From: Vitreimonas sp.
GTDB lineage: Bacteria; Patescibacteriota; Microgenomatia; UBA1400; PJMF01
Length of the DNA: 64,000 nucleotides
Assembly: GCA_035627515.1 (NCBI GenBank)
Contig: DASPLQ010000012.1
Span: forward strand, 71,269-135,268
Direction: 5' to 3'
In this document: positions 29,600-39,264 of the stretch, piece by piece
How the letters are laid out: the number at the start of each line of letters is the position of its first letter
How positions within the stretch are numbered: the stretch's first letter is position 1
Translations under genes and position numbers: made by a program
Notes under the pieces: model-generated
Told to the model about the DNA's origin: nothing
Seen by the model: the letters and a program-made list of their open reading frames with translations, nothing else
The model's database searches: none

Positions 29600-31966
29600 A
29601 TGAAAAAAATCATAGCTACAATTTTTTGTTTTGTAGCTTTTGTATTAAGTTTATTTCTTGTAGCCACAAAAACTTTTGCTATGTGCACAGGCGACTTCTC
29701 TTGTCGTATTTGTACGTATAGTAATTGTCACCGTGCTAATGGGAGCAGTTGTACTAGAGGTTCTGTAGGATGTACTTGTGATGAAAATTGCAATACTCAT
29801 TATTTATCTTCATGCGCTGGAGGTGCTTGTGATAGACCTGGTGGATCAACTAATTGTTCAGGAGAACTCGTAAATACTTGTGGTGAATGCAATCAAAATG
29901 CTTGGAGTCTTTGGGGAAGTTGTGAGCAGGTAGGAAATACATGTGTTAGCAGACGATGGAATAACTGTGGCCACTCTGAATCTCAATCATGTAACCCATC
30001 TGCTTGTGGCATGATTGATCCATGTACAGACACCCGTGATGTAGATGGTGGTTGTAATGGTTGTATGCGAGGTTGTTCACGATTGTCCAATATCGACAAT
30101 AGTTATTGTGGAAGTTGTGAACGAGCCGATACGAGTTGTGATGGCTGGAGTGAGTGGGGTTATAACGGTAATGTGGGAGCCTGTTCGGCATCGTGCGGTG
30201 GGGGTATTCAGACGCGTAATTGTTGGGGAGCTGTAGACTCACGATCTTGTAACACCCATTCTTGTTGTACCACTATTTGTAATGCTCCTTTATGTGGCCA
30301 AGCTAACACTGGTACCTGTGGCGGCTTTTGCCCATCGACCAGTATCGGTCAAGGTTGTTCTCCACAATGTGGTCAACCAGATGTATGTAATGTTGCTTGT
30401 GGCAATAGCGATAACGGAAATCCATCGGCACCAACACTGACTCCCGCCAATGGTGGGACTACGCCGGTAAGTGGTGCGACAGCCAGTATTAGTTGGACCG
30501 CAGTTGGCTTAGCCGACCAATATGAACTTGAGTTGTATCCTGAAAATGGGAGTTGTAGTAGTACGGGTGCGGTATGTACGACAGTGGTGGGCACCAGTTA
30601 TAACTTCACACCTACCGCTGGCGTTAGTCGCTACACTTGGAGAGTCCGTGGTGTAAACACCACCTGTGGTGCTTTCGGTGGTAATGATGCGGGTACTTGG
30701 GCTACTGCTTCTACTTTCACCGTCACTTCTACGATTACCGGCACTTTTTACAGTGACAATAATGATAATGCACAGTTAAGCGGTAGTTTCTGTACGTTAG
30801 GGAGTCTGACCGCGATCAGTCCCGGGACTGGTGCCAGTATTGCCGCTGTTGGCCAAGACGGTGGTACTTATAATGGCAGCATTGTTGGCAGTAACTTTAC
30901 CATTACAGTCCCGTGGTGGAATACCTCAGGCGCTAATAATATTGTGACTTTGACACCAGGGACTAATGCCGGTGTGGCGTATGCCTGTAGCTGTCCCAAT
31001 GGCTGTCAATATAGTGGCGTCGCCGCCCCCCAAGCTGGCGTACCTTACTTTATCTTGCCAGAAAACTTATTGGCTCGCGGCTGGTGGCAAGTAGTAGGCG
31101 GCAGTACCTATGCCGCTGATAGCACTGGCACTGCCCTCTCCTCACAAATTCCTTATGACACTACCTGTAATAGTGGCGCCAACTGTACTCGGGCTCTGAT
31201 TACTAATGATAGCGATGGCACTGCCAACAGTGCCGGAGTCGCCTTGACTGGTGGCGGCACCATCGACACGTCACGTGATACTGGTAATCAATTGACCTAC
31301 ATCTCAGTCCGTGATCCACAGCTGAGTGTCTTGGGAACAGTGACGACGCGCTTCCAAGAAGGTTATGATTACTTCTATCGTCAGCTTAGTTTAGGTTTGA
31401 ATCCTAGTGACGACTTTGCCGCTAGTTATACTGATGCCCACAAACCAAGTTCAGCTCCCAATGACGGCAAAAATGCCTACTTCCGCAATGGTGATTTAAC
31501 TGTTAAATCTCAATGGACTGTCACCGCTGGTGAACAATACGTCATCTTTGTGAACGGCAACTTAACCCTGGGCGATGGCAACAACAATATCGAGCGCCTC
31601 ATTAATATTGAGGAAGGTGGGTTTGTCGCCTTTATCGTCTCCGGAAATATTACCGTAGAACCAGGAGTAGGGAACACCAGCCTGACTGATACGGCTGCGA
31701 ATATTGAAGGTATCTACATGGCAGACGGCACCTTTACAGTCCGCTCACGCGGTGAGTCAGCAGGTGGCGATAATCGTTTTGTCGGCGCAGGATCATTCGT
31801 CGGGTGGAGTGGGGTATCACTAGAAAGAGACTTCTCTGATGGCAGTACCCGCAAACAAGAAAACAATACCAAAGCTGTCGAAATGTTCGTTTACCGCCCA
31901 GATTTGGTTCGCTACGTTCCTGAAGAACTAGCTCGGCCACGGTATGTGTGGCAAGAGACTAATTAA
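29600..31966 (+). CDS. Secreted Cys-rich adhesin-like protein (TSP1-like repeats, FN3-like domain)
   Basis: Signal peptide; WSEWG...CSASCGGGIQTRNC; ISWTAV..YEL...YTWRVRG; lies within the pilus locus. Confidence 0.8.
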   Translation: MKKIIATIFCFVAFVLSLFLVATKTFAMCTGDFSCRICTYSNCHRANGSSCTRGSVGCTCDENCNTHYLSSCAGGACDRPGGSTNCSGELVNTCGECNQNAWSLWGSCEQVGNTCVSRRWNNCGHSESQSCNPSACGMIDPCTDTRDVDGGCNGCMRGCSRLSNIDNSYCGSCERADTSCDGWSEWGYNGNVGACSASCGGGIQTRNCWGAVDSRSCNTHSCCTTICNAPLCGQANTGTCGGFCPSTSIGQGCSPQCGQPDVCNVACGNSDNGNPSAPTLTPANGGTTPVSGATASISWTAVGLADQYELELYPENGSCSSTGAVCTTVVGTSYNFTPTAGVSRYTWRVRGVNTTCGAFGGNDAGTWATASTFTVTSTITGTFYSDNNDNAQLSGSFCTLGSLTAISPGTGASIAAVGQDGGTYNGSIVGSNFTITVPWWNTSGANNIVTLTPGTNAGVAYACSCPNGCQYSGVAAPQAGVPYFILPENLLARGWWQVVGGSTYAADSTGTALSSQIPYDTTCNSGANCTRALITNDSDGTANSAGVALTGGGTIDTSRDTGNQLTYISVRDPQLSVLGTVTTRFQEGYDYFYRQLSLGLNPSDDFAASYTDAHKPSSAPNDGKNAYFRNGDLTVKSQWTVTAGEQYVIFVNGNLTLGDGNNNIERLINIEEGGFVAFIVSGNITVEPGVGNTSLTDTAANIEGIYMADGTFTVRSRGESAGGDNRFVGAGSFVGWSGVSLERDFSDGSTRKQENNTKAVEMFVYRPDLVRYVPEELARPRYVWQETN

Positions 31967-31969
31967 AAG

Positions 31970-32300
31970 TGATTTTCCTCTGAAGGTAATTTTTCTTTGC
32001 TCAGTAAGGTGTGTGTCATTTTTGTGCACTATTTATGCCAGTGTAAAAATGAGGTTCTGGTTAGGGTGCGTCAGTGAAAAGGTCTTTTGCTGAGCTCATG
32101 TTTTTTTGTTTGTATGAATATTGGCAAAAATCATACAACTGACACAAAACTTCCTTTTAAGAGAAAGAGGTTAGAGGCTAACTACCTTCACCTGTTTTTT
32201 CTACATTGTGCGGATATTAACAAAAACCGCACAAGCTATAAGAAGTTCATTTTCTGACGTATAAACTCGAAGACAGTTTAACTACTTATAGGAAAAAATG
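31970..32300 (-). repeat. Modular intergenic repeat copy (inverted, two motif A variants)
   Basis: B/D reverse complement at 32011-32070; motif A at 32110-32138 and 32206-32234; CTTATAGGAAAAAA at 32285. Confidence 0.8.
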
Positions 32301-32473
32301 CCCATATTCTTAAAGGCTTTCACTCCACACACTTTCAAACCACCTTCACTCTTGCCCTCCAAAAACCCTGGTGTCACTTTGTGTCTACTTTAAGCACCTT
32401 TTAGGCACACTTATTGCCACACAAAAAAACTCCTTACGTAACCTTCCAAATTCCTCTACAATCACTTTATAAG

Positions 32474-33031
32474 ATGCCACATCCTGCTACTGCCCAGACC
32501 ACCTTTGAAAAAAACCTTAAAAAATTTACCCCGAGTGGTTTTACCTTGATCGAGCTCTTAATTGTCGTGACGCTGTCGATTATGTTGATGTTGACGGCCT
32601 CGACAGTGTTCCTGACCTTTTTAGCCGGGAACTCACGCAGTACTAATAACCAGCTAGTGAAAAATGAAGGCAAGTACGCCTTGCAACAAATTGAGTTTTT
32701 GCTCCGCAACACCACCGAGTTACTGCCCAATACCCAAAGCCAAACTTGCCAAGCTGGCATGAGTGAAATTAAGTTCAAGTCATTTGATAATGGCATCACT
32801 ACCTTGATGGCCGAAAACAATAAAATTGCCTCAAACTCAGGAGTGTATCTGACCTCACAATCAGTAAATTTAGTCAGTGGTCCAGTTTTTGATTGCGCAC
32901 AAAGCGACGACAAAGTTTCACAGTTTATTACAGTTACCTTCACTTTACGCAAAACCGGCAATGATGAAGCCGACCAACGGGAAATTAGCGAAGAAACGTT
33001 TAGTAGCTCGATTAATGTGCGGACGTATTAG
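32474..33031 (+). CDS. Minor pilin (PilW-like)
   Basis: G|FTLIELLIVV prepilin motif. Confidence 0.85.
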   Translation: MPHPATAQTTFEKNLKKFTPSGFTLIELLIVVTLSIMLMLTASTVFLTFLAGNSRSTNNQLVKNEGKYALQQIEFLLRNTTELLPNTQSQTCQAGMSEIKFKSFDNGITTLMAENNKIASNSGVYLTSQSVNLVSGPVFDCAQSDDKVSQFITVTFTLRKTGNDEADQREISEETFSSSINVRTY

Positions 33032-33043
33032 AAGAAAAAGCGC

Positions 33044-33532
33044 TTACTGCCACTGTTGAAACTCTTGAGCAATCTCTACAGTCCGGGGCCGGTTGCCATC
33101 AAACCACTGCACCTCGATCTCCACACGCACCCGGTCTACCACCGTGCCATTATTAAAAGGTGTCACGATCGCTTCGCGCGTCATTTGCGTCCCCGCCACC
33201 GGAATGCCATCTGCACAAGCTCCGGGCTCTAAATTGACAAACTCATCAGTGCTACTGGGCAAAGTATTTAAACAGTAGGTGTTACTGCCCACCACATTAC
33301 GAAAGGTGTCCCATCCCATCAGTGCTCGCTCACGACGAAAAATTTCTACGGCTTCTTGGGCGTAACTGGTTGCCAAGGCTTTATACTTAGATTCAGCACT
33401 GTTTTTGACCGAGTACGTCAACCCAGCCGCTATGGCAGTCATCACTAAGGCAATCACACCGGCGGCAATCAGGACTTCAATAATAGTTTGACCAGCCGTA
33501 GATTTTAAAGAATGGTTTATAGACATCGGCAC
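33044..33532 (-). CDS. Minor pilin (PilV-like)
   Basis: G|QTIIEVLIA prepilin-like motif. Confidence 0.8.
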   Translation of the reverse strand: MPMSINHSLKSTAGQTIIEVLIAAGVIALVMTAIAAGLTYSVKNSAESKYKALATSYAQEAVEIFRRERALMGWDTFRNVVGSNTYCLNTLPSSTDEFVNLEPGACADGIPVAGTQMTREAIVTPFNNGTVVDRVRVEIEVQWFDGNRPRTVEIAQEFQQWQ

Positions 33533-34317
33533 CTTGTCCAGCTAGCTGCACCCCCAAAGCAGGTGGTAGCTTGATTAGTCATTACTGTTGAGCAATTCCC
33601 TGAACCCACCGCACACGTCCCAATAAAGCGATTGAGCCTGCCATTGGTCGCTGCCGCATCAGTCCCGATACTACTACAACTTGTATAACCCAACTGCTGG
33701 CAATAGGCAGTGCAACTCAGGTTGCTGCCGGCATTATTGACCACGGCAGGTCCTTGAGGAGCTACTGAGGGTGCGGGGCTCGGTGAAAATTGCGGGCTCA
33801 GGGAAGGAGAAGGACTCGACTCTGATGAAGGTTGAGTTTGACTGTCACCCAACACACTGCCTTCGGTGATCTCACCTCCTGAGGTAACGGCAAAACTGTA
33901 ATAATCTTCAGAAGACGTAGAATGTACCTCGATGGTGGTGTTACTCGTGCCACCATGTAAAACTCTAAATGATAAGTCTAGGGGAGTACCTAAGCTCAAG
34001 CGCGGATTGAGTTGATACGTATCACGGATGTGTTCACCGTTATTGCAGATCGCCACCACATGCACTTCCACTGGGGCAGCTTGGTTAGCTTTGACGGCGT
34101 AGGAATTTAAGCGGTCACACGCCGCAGGCTTGTCACCATATTGGGCTTTTTGCTGAGCAGATCTGATGTAACTCTGCAGTTCTTTGGAGCCACCAATTAA
34201 AACTTGCTTGTCATTGAAGGTGGTAAAGGCAGCAATGCCGCCGCCGACCATTAGCAACATCACCGTCACCACCACTAACATCTCAATCAGCGTGAAGCCA
34301 CCCAACTGTTTTTTCAT
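33517..34317 (-). CDS. Minor pilin (FimT/FimU-like) with Pro/Ser linker and Cys-rich C-terminal domain
   Basis: G|FTLIEMLVVV. Confidence 0.85.
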   Translation of the reverse strand: MKKQLGGFTLIEMLVVVTVMLLMVGGGIAAFTTFNDKQVLIGGSKELQSYIRSAQQKAQYGDKPAACDRLNSYAVKANQAAPVEVHVVAICNNGEHIRDTYQLNPRLSLGTPLDLSFRVLHGGTSNTTIEVHSTSSEDYYSFAVTSGGEITEGSVLGDSQTQPSSESSPSPSLSPQFSPSPAPSVAPQGPAVVNNAGSNLSCTAYCQQLGYTSCSSIGTDAAATNGRLNRFIGTCAVGSGNCSTVMTNQATTCFGGAASWTRCRCL

Positions 34318-34321
34318 GGTT

Positions 34322-34738
34322 TTAAGGATTGGTGACACAGTGACTCGAGCTATCAACTTCTAATGTGGCACACAACGAAAACGTATTGTCACTAGAATCA
34401 TAGCTATAGGTATAGGCCGGATAGGGGCTGGGTTTGGGGTCACTGACAGTGTTGGCACTGACATAATCTTGAATCGGAGACATACTGCCCCAGTTGAGTG
34501 AACTAGGATATTCTCCATCAGCCGAGTCAATTTTGTAAAGCACCAGAGCTTGGCGGACAATTTCCAGATCGGCTTTGCGCTTACCATCCCGGCTAGTGAC
34601 ACCGACACGTTGGTAACTGACCAACCCAATTGTAGCTAATACAATCATGATAGTGGCTACCACCAATAACTCAATCATCGAAAAACCCTCATTGGAGCGA
34701 GAGGCAGGGGAGAGAAGTGAACGCTGTTTCATAGTCAT
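34322..34738 (-). CDS. Type IV pilin / GspG-like
   Basis: G|FSMIELLVV and RDGKRKADL. Confidence 0.85.
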   Translation of the reverse strand: MTMKQRSLLSPASRSNEGFSMIELLVVATIMIVLATIGLVSYQRVGVTSRDGKRKADLEIVRQALVLYKIDSADGEYPSSLNWGSMSPIQDYVSANTVSDPKPSPYPAYTYSYDSSDNTFSLCATLEVDSSSHCVTNP

Positions 34739-34742
34739 TTTC

Positions 34743-35159
34743 TTACTGTAAATTGCTCGCACAGTAAGCTGAGCCAGTGCCATAAGCACAACTAGTATTG
34801 GTAGAATTTCCAGCTGTCGTATCTTCTAAAGTCGCACAAACACAGTAGGTAGTAGCAGTTGCCGTACAAGTATAGGCAGTTTGAGTTTGGGGATCGACGG
34901 GCATACCCCCAGGGAGATAGGTGCTGGAGGCCATGGTGTTACAGGCCGCGTAGGTCGAGCCATTATTGGCATAATACTGCTCAAAAGCGTTTTGAATTGT
35001 TTTCATATCACCACGCCGGCGGGCGTCGCGGCTTTTTTTCTGAGCCGTGGAAAAAGCAGCGGCTCCCATGGCAATTAAAATACCAATAATTGAGATGACT
35101 ACTAATAACTCCAACAAGGTAAAACCACGCTGAAAAAAGGACTTCTTCATACTGTTCAT
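34743..35159 (-). CDS. Type IV pilin / GspG-like
   Basis: G|FTLLELLVV and RDARRRGDM. Confidence 0.87.
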   Translation of the reverse strand: MNSMKKSFFQRGFTLLELLVVISIIGILIAMGAAAFSTAQKKSRDARRRGDMKTIQNAFEQYYANNGSTYAACNTMASSTYLPGGMPVDPQTQTAYTCTATATTYCVCATLEDTTAGNSTNTSCAYGTGSAYCASNLQ

Positions 35160-35170
35160 TATACGCACCT

Positions 35171-36106
35171 TTACTGAGTGGTGGAAGCGGCCGTCACCAC
35201 CACTTTTACACTTGATAAATGAGTCAGTGGAGACTCAGTGCCCGTCCGATCTGTTACCTTTACCGAAGCCTGAAACTCACACTTTGCTTCAAAACAGCTA
35301 TAGGTATGATTGGCGGTGCCAGTTTTAGTAGTAAAGGTTTCTGAAGTGCCGTCACCATACTCCACAGTCACTTCTTTCAGTTCTTGGCTCAAGGTATCCA
35401 CCACGTAATTGATTTCTAAGCTTTCGCCTGCAGCCACGATTACTTGGCGAGTGGCCGGATCATAAAAGGGCTGAGTGGTAACGGATAAGACTTGTGGCCG
35501 AACTTGGCACTGTTGGTAACACGACCGGGGACAATCTGAAACACCAGTTAATTGATTCCCCTGACCGAGACTGTTGTCTAAGGCGCAGCAGGTAAAACCA
35601 TAGCCACTGCAGCTAGAAACAGGGCTAAAGCCTAACTCACCAGGCTCGTTAGCGCTAATGGGTTGGTAGGTGACCTCGCGGTTTTCCACTACAATTGCCC
35701 GCGAGCGCCCCCAAACCGTCAAACCCACCCCACTCCGGTTCTCACCCCAAATAATGCCAGCAGCGCCAGGAATTTTAGTGACAAACATCGGCAATTTTTT
35801 AGTAGTGACCGTGATCGGGCTCAAGGGAAACTGCGCACACACCACCTCAATGACATACGTATTTGAAGACTCAAAACGTAGCTGAATTGAACCAATAATT
35901 TCTTGATTTAAATCTGAGATGCCTTTTTCTTTACATTGTTGCAGGTAGATACCCGAGTTAACTGAGATTCGTCGCATTTGCGTCACTGACTCGCGCACTG
36001 TGGCCACCCCCCAAATTAAAAAGGCTTCCCGGGCGACAAGAAAACCTACCCCAGCCGCTACAGCCAGAAACAACAATGAGATAAAAATGGTTTGTAAAAC
36101 CCGCAT
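35171..36106 (-). CDS. Membrane-anchored protein with Cys-rich segment and PKD-like domain
   Basis: N-terminal TM; YGDGT...NHTY PKD pattern. Confidence 0.65.
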   Translation of the reverse strand: MRVLQTIFISLLFLAVAAGVGFLVAREAFLIWGVATVRESVTQMRRISVNSGIYLQQCKEKGISDLNQEIIGSIQLRFESSNTYVIEVVCAQFPLSPITVTTKKLPMFVTKIPGAAGIIWGENRSGVGLTVWGRSRAIVVENREVTYQPISANEPGELGFSPVSSCSGYGFTCCALDNSLGQGNQLTGVSDCPRSCYQQCQVRPQVLSVTTQPFYDPATRQVIVAAGESLEINYVVDTLSQELKEVTVEYGDGTSETFTTKTGTANHTYSCFEAKCEFQASVKVTDRTGTESPLTHLSSVKVVVTAASTTQ

Positions 36107-36921
36107 TAGAGTAATCCTACATACCATTGTACTAGGCTGTCACCCCAGACTAAAGTAATAAAAGTGGCTATCACTAAGAATGGTCCAAAAGGTATAACTT
36201 GTCCAAAGCGGCGCCTGCCACCAGCAATTAAACTGACCCCAGCCAGCGCCCCAATCAAAAAAGCTAAAAAGATACCAACCATAATATTTGGCCAGCCCAA
36301 CAATAACGCCATCGGCACTGAAAACTTGACATCACCAAAGCCCATCCCTTTCCCTTTAGTTATCCACCACAAGCCACCAAATAACGCCCCAGCTAAAACT
36401 GCCCCTCCCACGCTCCACAGTAAGTCGGGGAGTTGCATTGCTCCAAACAATACCAATGCTAATCGGTAACAGATAGTCATCAGTAGCAGTAAGCCGACTA
36501 TCACATCCGGAATCAGCATGTACAACAAATCAGCAAAGAAAATCACCAACAATAACACCCCGACTAGTAACCAGAACAAGGGTTGGAGCGTTTGGAGAGG
36601 GTGTTGGGTGAGCTGAAAAAAAATAAACCCTACCCAGTACCACCAGACAAATAAAATCCCGGTCAAACTTTCCACCACAGGATGAATGATGCTGATGGGT
36701 TTATGACAGCGCCGGCAGCGACCGCGCAAAATTAAAAAAGAGAGGAGGGGAATGTTGTCATACCAAGCAATTTGTTTGCCACAATGATCACACTTAGACC
36801 GACCCGTCACCCAGGACTCTTCAGTCATAGTCCGGTAAATCACGACGTTCAAAAAACTACCCAGGGCTGCGCCAGCCCAGAATAAAAACAGTGACACCAG
36901 TCCAAAAACGATCAACATCAT
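36106..36921 (-). CDS. pilD: Prepilin peptidase
   Basis: GSFLNVVIYR, two CxxC pairs, GMGFGDVK and PFGPFL. Confidence 0.93.
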   Translation of the reverse strand: MMLIVFGLVSLFLFWAGAALGSFLNVVIYRTMTEESWVTGRSKCDHCGKQIAWYDNIPLLSFLILRGRCRRCHKPISIIHPVVESLTGILFVWWYWVGFIFFQLTQHPLQTLQPLFWLLVGVLLLVIFFADLLYMLIPDVIVGLLLLMTICYRLALVLFGAMQLPDLLWSVGGAVLAGALFGGLWWITKGKGMGFGDVKFSVPMALLLGWPNIMVGIFLAFLIGALAGVSLIAGGRRRFGQVIPFGPFLVIATFITLVWGDSLVQWYVGLL

Positions 36922-36960
36922 ATCAGCGTTCAGTATAGTCAGTCTGGGGAAGTGATGCAA

Positions 36961-36996
36961 GCCAAAACAAAAACCCCCGCGCTCAGCGCGGGGGTT
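36961..36996 (-). terminator. Intrinsic terminator after the major pilin
   Basis: AACCCCCGCGC-TGA-GCGCGGGGGTT plus T-rich tail on the minus strand. Confidence 0.8.
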
Positions 36997-37014
36997 CAGA
37001 TTCAATGTAAATCT

Positions 37015-37629
37015 TTATGGTAGACAGATCATTTCATCATTGTCGTCAGTTAAGACAGCAGCGTCATCAACTGGACAAGGATCAACTGTACCTTCGCCCT
37101 CATCTGGGGTCGTACCATCATTACAGTTATCCATCGCTTCTTGTTGGAAGGCTAAGGATGTTGGGACAAAACAAGCATACATCGTGGCATTGGTCGTATC
37201 ATCTTTGAAGATCTTAATTTGATCATCTTGAATCAAACGATTGATGAAACCACTCTTTACTTCGCCAGTGCTCTCAAGCACATTTACCCAACCCCAAGCA
37301 GTGTCGTCACCACCATCAAAGGCGAAAGCTTCATCTGGTTCATCTGACGCAGCATTAGGGACAAAAGCGCCATTAGTTGAGTTCCAAGGATAGACTTCAT
37401 GAATAGCGTAGTAACGGTCAACAGCATTAATTAATTGTGCAGCATCTGAGCGGGTTCGAGTATCACGACCTTTATTAATTTGCTCAATCGGGTTGATGGA
37501 TGACAACACGGCCACCGCCAACACACCGATCACGGCAATCACCACTAACAACTCAATCATGGTGAAACCACCTTGAGAACCAAGCTTGGTTCGTAGTGAA
37601 TCACGTAAACGGGAAAAATGTCTTAACAT
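37015..37629 (-). CDS. Probable major type IV pilin
   Basis: G|FTMIELLVV; has its own terminator. Confidence 0.85.
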   Translation of the reverse strand: MLRHFSRLRDSLRTKLGSQGGFTMIELLVVIAVIGVLAVAVLSSINPIEQINKGRDTRTRSDAAQLINAVDRYYAIHEVYPWNSTNGAFVPNAASDEPDEAFAFDGGDDTAWGWVNVLESTGEVKSGFINRLIQDDQIKIFKDDTTNATMYACFVPTSLAFQQEAMDNCNDGTTPDEGEGTVDPCPVDDAAVLTDDNDEMICLP

Positions 37630-37719
37630 AGGCAGTACCTCAGGGTTTATTAGTTATCTACTAGAGTACAACAAAATGAGTAAATAAGTAAATAAGTAAT
37701 TAAAGATGCTGCAAAAGTC

Positions 37720-38042
37720 AGCCTGGGAGATGTACATTTTGTCATGTATCCAGGGTCACTTTTGAAGAGAACGTTAATAAGTGAGTGGTGGTTAGAATCA
37801 ATCTGAAGAGTTGATAATCCTGAAGCGTCAAAACAGTATCATTACTTTTACCTCCTCATCTCGTTAGGTACCTGTCCTCCAGAACACACTTTTTACTGTG
37901 GCATATTTAGTGCACGATCGTGGCACATTTATACTACAGTCAAAAAAGGGGTTTAAAGAGATACCCTGGGGAATAGTATGCTTTGAAACAAGATCTTACC
38001 GCTTGGTGTAACAACATTCTTACTGAGGAAAAACTAACCACC
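37720..38042 (+). repeat. Modular intergenic repeat copy (modules C, D, B, E)
   Basis: GCCTGG..TGTAC..CCAGG..ACTTTTGAAGAGA; GGTACCTGTCCTCCAGA and CATATTTAGTGCACGATCGTG are shared with the 43.5-kb copy. Confidence 0.8.
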
Positions 38043-38050
38043 CCCTCAAC

Positions 38051-39253
38051 CTAAAACTGACTCGTCAAGTTATAAATCGGCATGATGATGGCGATGACCA
38101 TGATACCCACACCTACACCTAGCACAATCATGATCATCGGCTCCAAAGCGGTGGTCATGTTTTTGATGGCGTGTTCACTTTCAGATTGAAAATAAACTGA
38201 TAGTTTCAGCAATACTTCATCTAACTTACCGGTTTCTTCACCTACCGCAATCATTTGTGACAACAAGGGAGGGAACATCTCATACTTGCCAATGGCTTGA
38301 GCCAACGAAATACCTTTCTCCACTTGTTGAGAAGCTTCTTCGAGGGCTTCGCGGTAAATGATGTTGGTGACGGCTTGTGAGACAATATCGAGTGCTTGCA
38401 GCAATGAGATACCTGAGCCAAGCAATAATGACAACGTCCGAGCAAACTCAGTCAAAATTACTTTTTGGCGCAGCTCACCAAAAATAGGCATCTTCAATAA
38501 CAAACCATCAATCGCCACGCGACCACTGTGCGTTTTTCCCCAACTGGTAAACAAACTATAGCCACCAGCCGCGGCCAACAAGATTACCCACCAAAAATTA
38601 GCTGTAAAGTTGGAGGTATCAATCAATAGCTGCGTTGCCAATGGCAACTCAGCTCCAAAGTCCTTATACATTTCGGTCAGCTTGGGAATCACAAAAATCA
38701 TCATCACGAAGGCCACCACAATCATCGCAATCACCACGATCACTGGATAAATTAAGGCTCCTTTAGTTTTGGCACGAAACTCTTTATCTTTTTCCATGTT
38801 TTCTGCCAAGCGTTCCAAAACGTCATCGAGCACACCGCCCGCTTCACCAGCTCGGATCAATTGAATATAAACCCGGCTAAAGGTTTTGGGATGTTTCTCT
38901 AGGGCCTGAGCAAACGTGCTGCCACCTTCGATAGCAGTCTTGAGTTCTCCCAGTAACTTGGCTAAGGCTGGTTTACTTTGTTGCTCCAAAATCGACAACC
39001 CTTGCGTGAGGGGTAAACCGGCCGTAATCATGGTCGATAGTTGGCGCGTCATGTTGACCACATCATCATGCTTGATGCCAGTCAGCATCGTCTGCAACGC
39101 TACAAACGAACCCTCGTTTACTGGTGTCACTTTGATGACCAACAAGTTCCGAGCCCGGAGAGTAGCCGCAGCTTGAGCTGAGCTGGGCGCTTCGACTTTA
39201 CCCTTGACGGGCTCGCCGTGTTCATTTTTAGCGTGATAATTATAAATCGGCAT
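38051..39253 (-). CDS. pilC: Type IV pilus platform protein PilC
   Basis: Two T2SSF repeats: AGEAGG.L and VGEETGKLD..L...LEP. Confidence 0.94.
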   Translation of the reverse strand: MPIYNYHAKNEHGEPVKGKVEAPSSAQAAATLRARNLLVIKVTPVNEGSFVALQTMLTGIKHDDVVNMTRQLSTMITAGLPLTQGLSILEQQSKPALAKLLGELKTAIEGGSTFAQALEKHPKTFSRVYIQLIRAGEAGGVLDDVLERLAENMEKDKEFRAKTKGALIYPVIVVIAMIVVAFVMMIFVIPKLTEMYKDFGAELPLATQLLIDTSNFTANFWWVILLAAAGGYSLFTSWGKTHSGRVAIDGLLLKMPIFGELRQKVILTEFARTLSLLLGSGISLLQALDIVSQAVTNIIYREALEEASQQVEKGISLAQAIGKYEMFPPLLSQMIAVGEETGKLDEVLLKLSVYFQSESEHAIKNMTTALEPMIMIVLGVGVGIMVIAIIMPIYNLTSQF

Positions 39254-39264
39254 AGTACTTCAGC

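Noticed and set aside
56-36996. Two GC hairpins sharing a CGC-TCA-GCG apex as REP elements
   Set aside because: Only two copies, both positioned and tailed like ordinary intrinsic terminators.
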